DNA from: an uncultured delta proteobacterium
GTDB taxonomy: Bacteria; Desulfobacterota; Binatia; UBA9968
Assembly: GCA_963755715.1 (NCBI GenBank)
Contig: CAVWLW010000045.1
Span: 1 to 64,000, forward strand
DNA length: 64,000 nucleotides
Reading direction: 5' to 3'
A program made the translations under genes and the position numbers. Under the pieces are notes generated by a model. That model made no database searches and was not told the origin of the DNA. It saw only the letters and a list, made by a program, of their open reading frames with translations. The stretch's first letter is position 1. Each line of letters starts with the position of its first letter. This document shows, one piece after another, positions 52,730 through 63,349 of the stretch.

Positions 52730-53755
52730 ATGGGAGCAAAACGAAAAGTGTGCCTTACGGGTCCCATGCGCATCAAGCTCGCCGAAGAAATGCTGCGCGC
52801 CGCCGGTTGCGAGCTGGTGTCGGGCAAACCTCAGGATGATTTTCGGACCTTTCGTTACGAGCGCAAGGAACTGGTCAATCTGATCGGCGACTGCCCGATC
52901 GTCTATCCCTCGGGCCGGGACGTGATCACCGGTGAGATTTTGGATTCCTGCCCGGATCTCCAAGCCGTGGTGAAGTCGAGCATCGGCATCGAAACCGTCG
53001 ACGTCGATGCAGCGACGGACTTAGGAATCCTTTGTTGCAACAGCCCGACGGTGGAAAATTATATGGGCGTTGCCGAAGCGACCATGGGGCTGATCGTGGC
53101 GCTATTCAAACGGCTGAAGCTCAATGAGGCCTACCTACGCAACAACGGTTGGAAAGAGCTAGAGAACCGCGGCACGCTGATGCTCGGAAAAACCGTCGGC
53201 ATTATCGGTGTCGGACGCATCGGTCAAAACGTCGCCAAACGGCTCGGCGCCTGGGGCATGAAAGTGATCGGCTATGACCCGTATGTAAAGCCGGAGACTG
53301 TCGCTTCGCTCGGGGTCAGAATGGTTTCACTCGAAGAGCTGCTGCAGCAGTCGGATCTGGTGACGCTGCACGTCGTGCTGACCCGGGAAACCCGCGGCAT
53401 GCTCGGCATGCGTGAATTTAAAATGATGAAACCGACGGCGTTCATCGTCAACACTTCGCGCGGCCAGGCAATCAAGGAGGCGGAGCTGGTGCAGGCGTTG
53501 AATGAAAAAATCATCACCGCCGCGGCACTGGATGTTTTTGAGCAAGAACCGCTGCCGATGGACAATCCTTTGCGCCAGGTGGACCCGCTGCGCTTGATCT
53601 TGACGCCGCACAACATCGGCGCCAACCCCGGTTCTGCGGAAGCGGGGCAGAAAATGGCCGCTGAGAGCATGTTGGCAATCCTCGACGGCAAAATTCCCGA
53701 CACGGTCGTCAATCCATTAGCGATCCCGCGTTGGAAGGAGCGCTTCTGGTCGTAG
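52730..53755 (+). CDS. D-isomer-specific 2-hydroxyacid dehydrogenase (SerA-like)
   Basis: GIIGVGRIG, YDPY, NTSRG, DVFEQEP, TPH motifs. Confidence 0.9.
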   Translation: MGAKRKVCLTGPMRIKLAEEMLRAAGCELVSGKPQDDFRTFRYERKELVNLIGDCPIVYPSGRDVITGEILDSCPDLQAVVKSSIGIETVDVDAATDLGILCCNSPTVENYMGVAEATMGLIVALFKRLKLNEAYLRNNGWKELENRGTLMLGKTVGIIGVGRIGQNVAKRLGAWGMKVIGYDPYVKPETVASLGVRMVSLEELLQQSDLVTLHVVLTRETRGMLGMREFKMMKPTAFIVNTSRGQAIKEAELVQALNEKIITAAALDVFEQEPLPMDNPLRQVDPLRLILTPHNIGANPGSAEAGQKMAAESMLAILDGKIPDTVVNPLAIPRWKERFWS

Positions 53756-53780
53756 GACTCCCGCGACATGTCGCGCGTCC

Positions 53781-54791
53781 GTGATGATTCTAAACTACAG
53801 CCGCAACTTATCCGCGCCCTTCTTCGTGTTCGTCATCGTGTTCATCGGTGGCTTCACGAGCAGTGTCTCATTTGCCGCTAACTCGACGGTGCGCGTAGGC
53901 TACCCGCAGCCGAGCGGCGCGATGCTGCCGCTTTGGCTGGTTAGCGACGCCAAGCTCGATCTGAAGTACGGCGTACCGGTGCAGAATATTTTTATTTCCG
54001 GCGCCGCCCGGATGAATCAATCGATGGTCGCCGGCGATATCGATCTCGCCAGCATCGGCGGCGCAGTGGTGAATACCGTCTTGGCCGGAGGTGACTTAGT
54101 CGCCATCGCGGTGGGCGTGCCGACTTACGGTTTTTCTCTTTACGCGAAACCGGAAGTCAAAGACATCGCCAGCCTGCACGGCAAAGTCGTCGGTATCATG
54201 AGCAAAGGCGCGTCCTCGGAGCACGCCGTCATCGCGCTGCTGCAGCGCAACAACCTGCAACCCGGCAAGGATGTGAAGTTTATCTATCTCGGTGGCGTGC
54301 GCGAAGTGCTGGCGGCCATCGATCGGGGCATCGTTTCCGCCGGCGTGTTGTCGTCACCGACCACTTTAGCGGCGCGCCGCTTGGGTCAAAAGGAGCTAGT
54401 CAATATCGCGTCGCTAAACTTGCCTTACATTCACAGCGGCGTGGCGACCCGGCGCATCTTTACGCGGCAACAGCCGGAAGCCGTGAAAGCGTATCTGCGG
54501 GCGTATATTGCGGCGATCAAGATCGCCAATGAAGACGCCGAAACCAGCAAGCGCGCGCTGTCCCGTTATCTCGTGACCAGCGACAGCGCGATTCTCGAGG
54601 AAGCTTATCAAGCCTTCCGGGGAATTTTTCCGCGCGTGCCTTACGTGACCGAGGATTACATCAAATCGGTCATCGCCGTGTCGGACAATCCGAAGGCGGC
54701 CGGCGCCAATCCAAAAGATTTTTTCGACAACCGATTTTTGAAAGAGATCGAAGACAGCGGCTTCGTTCAGGAGCTTTATGGCCGGCGCTAG
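53781..54791 (+). CDS. NMT1/SsuA-type solute-binding protein
   Basis: Signal peptide, VGYPQPSGAMLPLW, LHGKVVG, FFDNRF. Confidence 0.9.
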   Translation: MMILNYSRNLSAPFFVFVIVFIGGFTSSVSFAANSTVRVGYPQPSGAMLPLWLVSDAKLDLKYGVPVQNIFISGAARMNQSMVAGDIDLASIGGAVVNTVLAGGDLVAIAVGVPTYGFSLYAKPEVKDIASLHGKVVGIMSKGASSEHAVIALLQRNNLQPGKDVKFIYLGGVREVLAAIDRGIVSAGVLSSPTTLAARRLGQKELVNIASLNLPYIHSGVATRRIFTRQQPEAVKAYLRAYIAAIKIANEDAETSKRALSRYLVTSDSAILEEAYQAFRGIFPRVPYVTEDYIKSVIAVSDNPKAAGANPKDFFDNRFLKEIEDSGFVQELYGRR

Positions 54792-55805
54792 TCTGTCCAG
54801 ACGCTCGGCGAGATCGGCGTCGTGGTTGTTTGTTGTCGGTTGGTTGATCATTGCGGCGTTGTTGCCTCAGAAAATTCTCGCGGCGGCTGTGCCCAGCTAC
54901 GATCCGCATCGGCTATCCGCAGCCGAGCGGCGCCATGTTGCCGCTGTGGGTGATTAGCGAGGCGAGGCTCGATCAGAAATATGGTTTCAACTCTCCAGAA
55001 TATTTATATTTCCGGGGGTGCACGGCTGACTCAGACCGTGGTATCCGCCGATATCGATATGGCCGCCACGGGCGGCGCAGTGATCAACGCCGTGTTGAGC
55101 GGCGCCGAGCTGGTTTACATCGCGTCCGGCGTGCCCACCTATGGGTTTTCTTTGTATGCCCGTGCCGATGTGAAAGATGTGCCGTCGCTCAAAGGCAAAG
55201 TGGTCGGTCTGATGACCAAGGGCGCTTCTACCGATCACGGCATGACGGCGCTGTTACGCCAATACAATCTTCGTTCTGGTCAGGATGTCAAAATTTTATA
55301 TCTCGGTGGTGTGCGCGAGGGGTTGGCTGCTCTGGACCGCGGCATCGTCGCGGCGACGACGATTTCGGCGCCGACGACACTGATGGCACGCCGGCTGGGC
55401 TATAAGGAGTTGGTGAACTTCGCCACGCTCAAAATTCCCTACGTGCAGCTGGGCATGGTGTCGCGCCGGTCGTTATTGCGCCAACAGCCGGAGCGGATCA
55501 AAGCTTTTCTCAGAGCCTATGTTGCGGCGATCAAAGTGGTCAACGAGGATGCGGATGTGAGCAGACGCGCGCTGGCGAAGTATCTGGCGACTTCGGATGG
55601 TCCGATCATCGAGGAGGCCTACCAGGCTTATCGCGGCATCTTTCCCAAAGTCCCCTACATGACCGAGGAGCAGATCGTTTCGATCCTGGCGGTCGCGGAT
55701 CATCCCAAGGCGGCCGGCGCCGACCCCAAGGAGTTCTTTGACAACCGCTTCATTAAGGAGTTAGAAGATAGTGGATTTGTAAAGGAACTCTATGGTCAGA
55801 AGTAA
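54778..55805 (+). CDS. NMT1/SsuA-type solute-binding protein, tandem paralog (frameshifts near 54880 and 54990)
   Basis: IGYPQPSGAMLPLW in one frame; QNIYISGGAR...FFDNRFIKELEDSGF in the next. Confidence 0.85.
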
Positions 55806-56802
55806 CACAGCAGAGGCCGGAAAAATTGCCATTGCGGCATTGATCCTGTTTGTTCTGATTGCTCGGGCATCACAGGCGGCGGACCCTATGGTCGGCATCC
55901 ATTCGGCCCGTGTCATGTCGCAATCGATGCCGTGGATGGCGCAAGAGGCCGGGCTATTCAAGAAATACAATCTCGACTTCAACCTGGTCTTCATTTCATC
56001 GTCGAGTATCGTGACCGCGGCGCTTTTGGGTGGCGACGCCGAGATGACCATCACCGGCGGGATCGGCAACGTGGCGGCCTATGCGCGCGGCTCGACCGAT
56101 GTCGTATTTATTGGCGGCGTCAAAAACACCATGACCCAGACCCTGGTCGCCGGCGGCAACATCAAGCGACCGGAAGATCTCAAGGGGAAAAAAATCGGCG
56201 TCAGTCGAATCGGCGGCAACTCGCACTACTTCACCATACAGGCACTGCGCCGTTTGGGCATGGACGCAAGCTAAGGACGTTCAGTTCATTCAGACGGGCG
56301 GCGACCCGAGACCTTGGCAGCGTTCATTAGCGGCTCGATCGACGTCGCCAATCTGACGCCGCCCACTGACGCGCAGGCGATCGCCAAGGGCTATCACTAC
56401 GTGATTTACGGCCCCGATCTTAAAATTCCCTACGCCGCTACGGCCTTTGTTACCAAGCGTTCTGTGATCGCCAAACGGCCGCAGGTCATCGGCAACTTCA
56501 TGCGCGCAATGGCTGAAACCGCGAAGCTCATGCACACCGATCGAGAATTCGTTTACAAGGTGCTTGGCAAATATCTCCGCATCGCCGATCGCAAAGTCCT
56601 TGACTCGGCTTACAATGCAGAAATTAAAGTGCTGGAGCCGCGCCTGGTGATCAAACTGGACTCGCTGCAAGCGATCATCGATGAGCTGGCGCAAACCGAT
56701 GCGGGAGCGAAGAAAGTCAAACCGCAGGAGTTGATAGATAACCGTTACCTCGATGAGATGGAAAAGAGTGGATTTTTCGATCAACTTTGGGCTAAGAAGT
56801 AA
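55792..56802 (+). CDS. NMT1/SsuA-type solute-binding protein (frameshifts near 56270 and 56310)
   Basis: GLFKKYNLD, LKGKKIGVSRIGG; continues in ORF 56314-56802. Confidence 0.85.
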
Positions 56803-56822
56803 GATAACCAAAAGGAGGAGCC

Positions 56823-57962
56823 ATGGAACAATCAATTATCTCGTCGGATTCTCACGTAATCGAGGTGCCGGATCTATGGGAAAAGGGAATGCCCGCTTCA
56901 TTCAGAGAGCGCGCGCCGAAGGCATTCTTTGACGAAAAGCGCGACGCCTGGATGTTCGGCTCGCCGGAAGTGCAAATCCAAGCCGTCGGTGGGTTGTTCA
57001 TGGCCGGCCAACAACCGGAGAACCTGGAAAAGTTTCGCAGAGCGGGCTTCGCGGTAGCACGCCCGGGCGGCTGGGATCCGATCGTACGGCAAGATGACAT
57101 GGTCACCGATGGCGTGGCGGCCGAAGTTCTTTATCCCAGCCTTGGGCTCGGGTTGTACTGTGTAAAAGACGCGGCTTTACAGGAAAGCCTTTTCAGAACT
57201 TACAACGATTGGATCATCGACTACTGCAGTAAAGTGCCGGATCGGCTGTTCGGCATCGCGCTGATTTCCATGTATGACGTCGATCACGCGATTGCTGAGA
57301 TGGAACGTTGCAAGAAAGCGGGCGGCATCGTCGGCACGATGATCTGGCAGGTGCCAGACCCGAGGTTTCCTTTTACCTCCGACCATTATGAGCGCTTCTG
57401 GGCGGCATCGCAGGATCTCGATCTGCCGGTTCATCTGCACATCCTGACCGGCTTCGGCGACAGCATGAACCGTCAGACCAGCCACGGCATCAACCGCTAC
57501 CGCATCGGCGTGCAGCAGACCAAAGAAATCGAAGACGCGCTGTTCGACATGATTTTTTCCGGCGTGCTGGAACGTTATTCCAAATTAAAAGTCGTCTCGG
57601 TGGAAAACGAGATCGGCTGGATGCCGTTCTGGCTGGAGAAATGCGACAAAGCCTACAAACGGCACCGTCATTCGGAAAAAGTTCCCATGACCAAGTTGCC
57701 GAGCGAGTATTTCGCCGAGCAGATTTACGCGACCTTTTTTAACGACCGCGTCGGCGGGCAGCTCTTCTCTTGGTGGGGCGTGGACAACTGCATGTGGTCG
57801 AACGATTATCCGCACCAGAATTCCACCTGGCCGAACTCGCGGGCCGTCATCGAGCGCGACATGGCGCATCTTTCGGCAGCGGACCGCGACAAATTGTTAA
57901 ACACGAACGTGCGCAAGTTATACAAACTGAATACGCCGGCTTCGCTGCCCAAGGCGGCGTAA
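56823..57962 (+). CDS. Amidohydrolase_2 family protein
   Basis: IISSDSH, HILTG, ENEIGW, SNDYPH motifs. Confidence 0.9.
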   Translation: MEQSIISSDSHVIEVPDLWEKGMPASFRERAPKAFFDEKRDAWMFGSPEVQIQAVGGLFMAGQQPENLEKFRRAGFAVARPGGWDPIVRQDDMVTDGVAAEVLYPSLGLGLYCVKDAALQESLFRTYNDWIIDYCSKVPDRLFGIALISMYDVDHAIAEMERCKKAGGIVGTMIWQVPDPRFPFTSDHYERFWAASQDLDLPVHLHILTGFGDSMNRQTSHGINRYRIGVQQTKEIEDALFDMIFSGVLERYSKLKVVSVENEIGWMPFWLEKCDKAYKRHRHSEKVPMTKLPSEYFAEQIYATFFNDRVGGQLFSWWGVDNCMWSNDYPHQNSTWPNSRAVIERDMAHLSAADRDKLLNTNVRKLYKLNTPASLPKAA

Positions 57963-58003
57963 GGTTGCGCGCTGGCCAATCACAAGACCTCGGAGGTAAA
58001 GTT

Positions 58004-59023
58004 ATGGAACTACGGGACGCCATAAAAGTTTTGGATTCCGACGCGCACGCGCGCGATTTCGACGCCGAGATCAGGCCTTATCTGCCGGAGCCGTATCGCA
58101 ATCAAAAGGCCTCTTTGATTCCCAGCGAACATTATGACCGTAACCTCGGCGGTACTTTGGGTCACGGGGGCGCGAAAGTCGAGGAGCGGCTGGCCGCCAT
58201 GGACACCCAACAAATCGACACCGCCGTGATGTTTCCCACCAGCGGTCTGGGGCTTGGTCGGGTGCGCGATCCCCAGTTCCAAACCGCGCTGTGCCGAGCG
58301 TACAACGATTTTATCTCCGATTACTGTAAAGCATCACCGCGCTTAAAAGCTGTCGCCAATTTGCCGGTCAACAATCCGGCGGAATGCGCTAAGGAGCTCA
58401 ACCGCGCCGTTACGAAGCTCGATCTGTGCGGCGGCATGTTGGTCGCGCAGGCGCACCGCAAGAACTTGGGGAGTCCCGAGTTCTATCCGCTCTATGAAGA
58501 AGCGCAACGCTTGAACACGCCAATCACGATCCACGCTTTCGGTGGCGACGAGCCGGGCAGCGAGATTTTCGATCAATTCATCTGTCTGCACACGACGGGG
58601 CATCCCTTTCCAGTGCTGCGCCAATTGACCGCGATGGTGTTCGGTGGCATTCCGGAAATGTTTCCGAAGCTGCGAATCGGCTATCTCGAAGTCGGCTGCG
58701 GCTGGCTGCCCTACTGGGCGGAACGGATGGACGAAGAGTGGGAAAAACGCGGTAAAGTGGAGGCGCCGCTGTGCAAGAAAAAGCCGAGCGAATATCTCTA
58801 CAGTGAAAACAGCTACTATGGCTGCGAGCCCGAAGAAAAAATGATCAGCTTCGTGGTCAATGAGGTCGGCTCCAAGACGCTGATGTACGCGTCGGACTAC
58901 CCGCACTGGGATATGAGCTGGCCCGAATCGGCGACGATCCTGTGGAACCGCGAAGACCTTTCGTTCGACACTAAAAAGGATTTGCTGCTCAACAATGCGA
59001 AACGATTTTACAACCTAAGTTGA
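58004..59023 (+). CDS. Amidohydrolase_2 family protein
   Basis: VLDSDAH, RAYNDF, ASDYPHWD motifs; GGAGG RBS before ATG 58004. Confidence 0.9.
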   Translation: MELRDAIKVLDSDAHARDFDAEIRPYLPEPYRNQKASLIPSEHYDRNLGGTLGHGGAKVEERLAAMDTQQIDTAVMFPTSGLGLGRVRDPQFQTALCRAYNDFISDYCKASPRLKAVANLPVNNPAECAKELNRAVTKLDLCGGMLVAQAHRKNLGSPEFYPLYEEAQRLNTPITIHAFGGDEPGSEIFDQFICLHTTGHPFPVLRQLTAMVFGGIPEMFPKLRIGYLEVGCGWLPYWAERMDEEWEKRGKVEAPLCKKKPSEYLYSENSYYGCEPEEKMISFVVNEVGSKTLMYASDYPHWDMSWPESATILWNREDLSFDTKKDLLLNNAKRFYNLS

Positions 59024-59087
59024 TCTGCCAAGCCATAATCGCGAGGCTACGAAATAAGACAAGAGAAACCCAGAAGAGGAGAATTGC

Positions 59088-60824
59088 ATGATCCAAACCA
59101 AAGGACTGACTGGCGCCCAAACGATGTTGCGTGTACTCGCAAAGATGGGCGTGGAGAAAATCTTCGCGTCGCCCGGCTCGGAGTGGTCGCCGGTGTGGGA
59201 AGCCCTAGCGGAACCGGGCGTGGAAGGCATGCCGCAATACTTGAGCACGCGCCACGAGGAAGTCGCTGTCGGCATGGCCAGCGGTTACGCCAAGTCGACG
59301 GGCAAACTGCCGGCCGTGATGATTCACACCACCGTCGGCTCGTTGCATGCGACCATGGGCATGCGCGGCGCGATTCGCGAGCAAGTGCCGATGGTGGTCT
59401 TCAGCGGCGAATCGATCGGCTATGGCGAAGACGAAGGGCCCGATCCAGGAGCTCAGTGGTTGGGCCATCTCTCCAATATCGGCGGTCCCGCAAAGCTGGT
59501 CGAGCAAACCGTTAAATGGAGTTTCGGCGTCAACAACAAAGCGATTTTGCCGGCGACCATCCAGCGCGCCTGTCAGCTCGCCATGGCGGCGCCCAAGGGC
59601 CCGACCTTCGTGTCGCTGTCGATGGAGCATCTGTTCGACAAGATGATCAAGGATGTTCCGGGGGATCTCGGATTCGCGCCGGGCGCGACCGCCGATGCGA
59701 AAGGCATCGAAGAGCTCGCGAATCTGTTGGCCGGCGCGAAGAATCCGGTGATCGTCACCGAAGATTCGGGCCGCACGGAGAAATCGGTGCATTGCCTGGT
59801 CGAGATCGCCGAGCTACTGGGCTGCGCGGTCGTCGAGACTCGCAGCACGGGTGCGCTCAACTTTCCGCGCAACCACCCGTTGCACAGCGGCTACGATCCG
59901 CGCAAGGCTTTAGCGGGCGCGGATGCGATTCTTCTGCTTGCGGTGATCGCGCCGTGGCATCCGGCTTCGGCTACGCCTTCGCCGGGCGCAACGGTGGCGA
60001 TTCTCGATGAGAATCCGCTGCGCCACGATATGCCGTACTACGGCTATCAGGCGGATCTCTGCTTGACAGGCGAGATCGAAAGCTCGCTCGAGCACCTGCT
60101 CGCGGCGTTAAAGAAGAAGATCTCGGCGGGAGACTCGTCGCGCAAGCAGCGCGCGGAAGAAATCGGCAAGAAAAACAACGCGCAGAGAAAAGCGTGGCGC
60201 GATGAGGCGATGGCGCTCGCAAGCCAAAAGCCGATGGACACGCGCTGGGTGGCGCACGAGCTGAGCCAGGTTCTACCGGCCGACGCGATGGTGGTCGAAG
60301 AAACTATCACCCATCGCCTGGCGGTGCACCGCTACCTCGACGGCGTGAAGCCGGGATCCTATTTTGCCGGCTGCGTCGGCGGTTTGGGCACCGGCCTTTC
60401 GACCGCGTTGGGAGTGAAATCGGCCAATCCGAAACGGCCGGTGGTCTGCCTGATCGGCGACGGCTCGTTTAACTACGATCCGGTCCCCGCCGTGTACGGC
60501 GCGGCCCAGGAGCATAACCTGCCGTTCCTGACGGTCATGTTTAACAACCAGGGTTATCTGTCTCAGAAGTCGGGTATTCCCAGATATTACCCGGAGGGTT
60601 GGGCGGTCAAGTCCAAGAATTTTTCCGGGCTACATATCGCGCCGTGCCCTGAGTACGCTCAGATCATTAAAGCGTTCGACGGCTACGGCGAGAAAGTCGA
60701 AGAACCGGGCGAAGTGCGCAAGGCGATCGAGCGCGGTCTGCGCGCTGTGGCCGGCGGCCAGTCGGCATTGCTCGATATCCGGCTGAAACCGGTCGAAGAT
60801 ATCGTCGAGCGGGGAGAAGGGTAG
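59088..60824 (+). CDS. Thiamine pyrophosphate-binding enzyme (acetolactate synthase/benzoylformate decarboxylase-like)
   Basis: RHEEVAVGMASGYA and GDGSF...NN TPP-binding motif. Confidence 0.92.
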   Translation: MIQTKGLTGAQTMLRVLAKMGVEKIFASPGSEWSPVWEALAEPGVEGMPQYLSTRHEEVAVGMASGYAKSTGKLPAVMIHTTVGSLHATMGMRGAIREQVPMVVFSGESIGYGEDEGPDPGAQWLGHLSNIGGPAKLVEQTVKWSFGVNNKAILPATIQRACQLAMAAPKGPTFVSLSMEHLFDKMIKDVPGDLGFAPGATADAKGIEELANLLAGAKNPVIVTEDSGRTEKSVHCLVEIAELLGCAVVETRSTGALNFPRNHPLHSGYDPRKALAGADAILLLAVIAPWHPASATPSPGATVAILDENPLRHDMPYYGYQADLCLTGEIESSLEHLLAALKKKISAGDSSRKQRAEEIGKKNNAQRKAWRDEAMALASQKPMDTRWVAHELSQVLPADAMVVEETITHRLAVHRYLDGVKPGSYFAGCVGGLGTGLSTALGVKSANPKRPVVCLIGDGSFNYDPVPAVYGAAQEHNLPFLTVMFNNQGYLSQKSGIPRYYPEGWAVKSKNFSGLHIAPCPEYAQIIKAFDGYGEKVEEPGEVRKAIERGLRAVAGGQSALLDIRLKPVEDIVERGEG

Positions 60825-61005
60825 TTGGTCAAGAAAATTTGATTCGTAAGGCGACCGTGTTGGGGCGATGTTCGATGTCAGAGTCGGACATCGCCCTTGT
60901 TGTTTCAAGTTAGGAATCGATATCGCTATGCAAAATTTATCCTTCTTTGGCAACAACCTTATCGTCAGTTCGATAAGTCATAGTGCGGAAGCTTAAGAGC
61001 AACCC

Positions 61006-61716
61006 ATGAACGAGACGTTTCATGATCAGCTGATCGCGGCGCGCGACAAAAATCACAGCAAAGACCATCCCTTTTTCGATCTGTGGGCGGCCGGTAAGCT
61101 CACCAAGGAGCAGACGGCCTTTTATTGCACGCAGCACTTTCACTATGTCGGCGACTATCTCAATTGGCTCGCTTATGAAGCGTCGCAGATTCCTCGGCGG
61201 GACGTCAAGGCGTTCCTATTCGAAAATCTCGGCGATGAGGAGAATCCCGACGACCGCCACTTGGATATGTTGAAAGACTACGTCGCGGCGAGCGGTGTCG
61301 AACGCGATAGCGTCGAAACGTCGATCGTTTTGCCGGGCACGGACCAGTTGCAGAATTGGGGATGGCGGATGGTCTATCACCGACCCTGGCAAGCCGCGCT
61401 AGCGGGCATGTTCATCGGCTTGGAGTCCCAGTTCCTCGATATTTGTAAAAAGATCGTGCCGGCGTTGCACAAACACTACGGTTACAAAGCGCGCGCCCGC
61501 GAGATCCGTTTCTTCGAAGAACACGTCTATGCCGATGAAATTCACGGCGCCAAGGGATTCGCGATCGTCGAGAAATACTGCGATACGGCGGAGCTGCAGG
61601 CGCTTGCCATAAAGCAGATCGAAGAAGCGACGGTGCGGCGCTGGCGTTACATGAACAGCATTTACTGGTATGTCTTGCACGGCAAAGTCGATGACACGCC
61701 GGTGTTACCGACCTAG
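61006..61716 (+). CDS. Heme-oxygenase-like diiron oxidase (CADD/PqqC-like)
   Basis: HPFF, ENLGDEE...H, GLESQ, FFEEHVYADEIHG motifs. Confidence 0.85.
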   Translation: MNETFHDQLIAARDKNHSKDHPFFDLWAAGKLTKEQTAFYCTQHFHYVGDYLNWLAYEASQIPRRDVKAFLFENLGDEENPDDRHLDMLKDYVAASGVERDSVETSIVLPGTDQLQNWGWRMVYHRPWQAALAGMFIGLESQFLDICKKIVPALHKHYGYKARAREIRFFEEHVYADEIHGAKGFAIVEKYCDTAELQALAIKQIEEATVRRWRYMNSIYWYVLHGKVDDTPVLPT

Positions 61717-61787
61717 CTTTTGGCACGATTGAATATTTTCACCCTCTCCAATTGGGAGACGACGTAAGAAAATCAAAAAAGGACATC

Positions 61788-63237
61788 ATGAGTATTCGCA
61801 TTGACGGCGGAGTAGTGGTGGGCTGGTCCGGGACCCGTCATGAGATCGTGCCGAATGGCTCGGTTCTCATCGACGGCAATACCGTTAAATCAGTAAGCAC
61901 GGACAAGTCACAAAGCGCAGACCGGGTGATCGATGCGGCCGGAAAAATCGTTTGTCCCGGCTTCGTCAATCTGCACGTTCATTCCCAGCTCAATATCGGC
62001 GACTATCTGCTCACCGACGTGACGAAGAAAGATTATCTCGCCGCCAATTGGTTTGTCTTCGGCGCGCCGCTCAAAGAGAAGATCGAACCGCCCGCGCCAC
62101 CGGCCGTCGCGATGGGGCGGAAAGTATGCGCTTTATAGCGCGCTCAGAAATGGCGCGACAACCGTCTTGGATCCTGGAGGCGGACCGGGCGCTTTGGATG
62201 ATTACGTTGCTATCGTCGGACAAACCGGCGGTCGGGTGTTTTTCAGCCCGCCGTTCCGGAGCCATGATATTTTCACCGACGCCGAGGGTCGTCACTACTA
62301 TGAAGAGAGAGCGGACAGGGGACGCCCGGGTTTGAAAGTCGCGGTGGACTTCATCAAAAAGTTTCATGGCGCGCACAACGGACGCTTGCAAGGTATTCTA
62401 AATCCGGCGCAAGCCGAGACCTGCGAGCCGTCGCTGCTCAAAGAAAGCGTCGCCGCTGCGAAAGAATTGGATGTGCCGATCCATATTCACGCCGGCGGCA
62501 ACTTTCGTGAGTTTCTCGAAATCCTAAATAAGTATCGCAAGCCCGTAGCCGAGTATCTCGCCGACGTGGGCATCCTCGGACCGCGCACGACCCTCGGCCA
62601 CATGGCGATCACCGGCGGCCACTCGCGGGTCGATTATCCGCGCGGCGACGAGCTGAAGATTCTCGCCGAGACCGGCGCGACCATCGGACACTGTCCGCAC
62701 AAGTGCGCCAAGATGGCCTTCGCCATGGAATCCTTCGACCAGTATCTGGAAGCGGGCGTGCGAATTGGCTTGGGGACGGATACTTATCCCCTCGATATCG
62801 TCTCCGAGATGCGTTACGCGTCGCTGATATCGCGCCTCATCGACAGAAAGGCTTCCGGCGCGAGAGCGGCGGACGTGTTCAACGCTGCGACCATCGGCGG
62901 CGCCAATGCGCTCGGCCGCACCGATTTGGGCCGGCTCGCCGCCGGAGCGAAGGCCGATGTCGTAATTCTCAATCTGCGCACCACCCGTTACGGTCCCGTG
63001 CGCGATCCGATCAACGCGCTGGTCGAATACGGCAGCGGCGCCGACGTCGAGACAGTAATCGTCGACGGCGAAGTGGTTGTCGAGAACGGCCGTTCCACGC
63101 GCATCGATGACGACGAGTTATTTGCGCAAGCGCAAACCGGCGCCAATCGCGCATGGGATAATTGGGCGGCGCGCGATTGGAACGGCAGAACCGTCGAGCA
63201 AATCATTCCGCCGGCTTTTCCGACGCGAAAAATTTAA
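61788..63237 (+). CDS. Amidohydrolase_1 family protein (SsnA/AtzA-like; frameshift near 62117)
   Basis: PGFVNLHVH, HIHAG, LGTDT, ATIGGA and GAKADVV motifs across two frames. Confidence 0.88.
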
Positions 63238-63349
63238 GAGTAAAACTCTAGGTACACTCTTAAGGAAAGTCCCAGATTCGTGAATTCTCTTTCCGGAGAG
63301 AGCATGCTGGCAAGTTCGCATTCGCAGCTGTGGCACTGACTCTGATGGC

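Noticed and set aside
51634-52827. 397-aa minus-strand ORF and similar long antisense ORFs (40319-41239, 45708-46568 alternate frame)
   Set aside because: Shadow ORFs of well-supported genes in GC-rich codon usage; no motifs.
55792-56802. Stop-codon readthrough or programmed frameshifting in split genes
   Set aside because: The breaks are frame changes without slippery heptamers or SECIS-like context and fit the window-wide indel pattern.
61718-61740. Sigma-54 promoter (TTGGCACG)
   Set aside because: The -12 TTGC element is missing at the required spacing.
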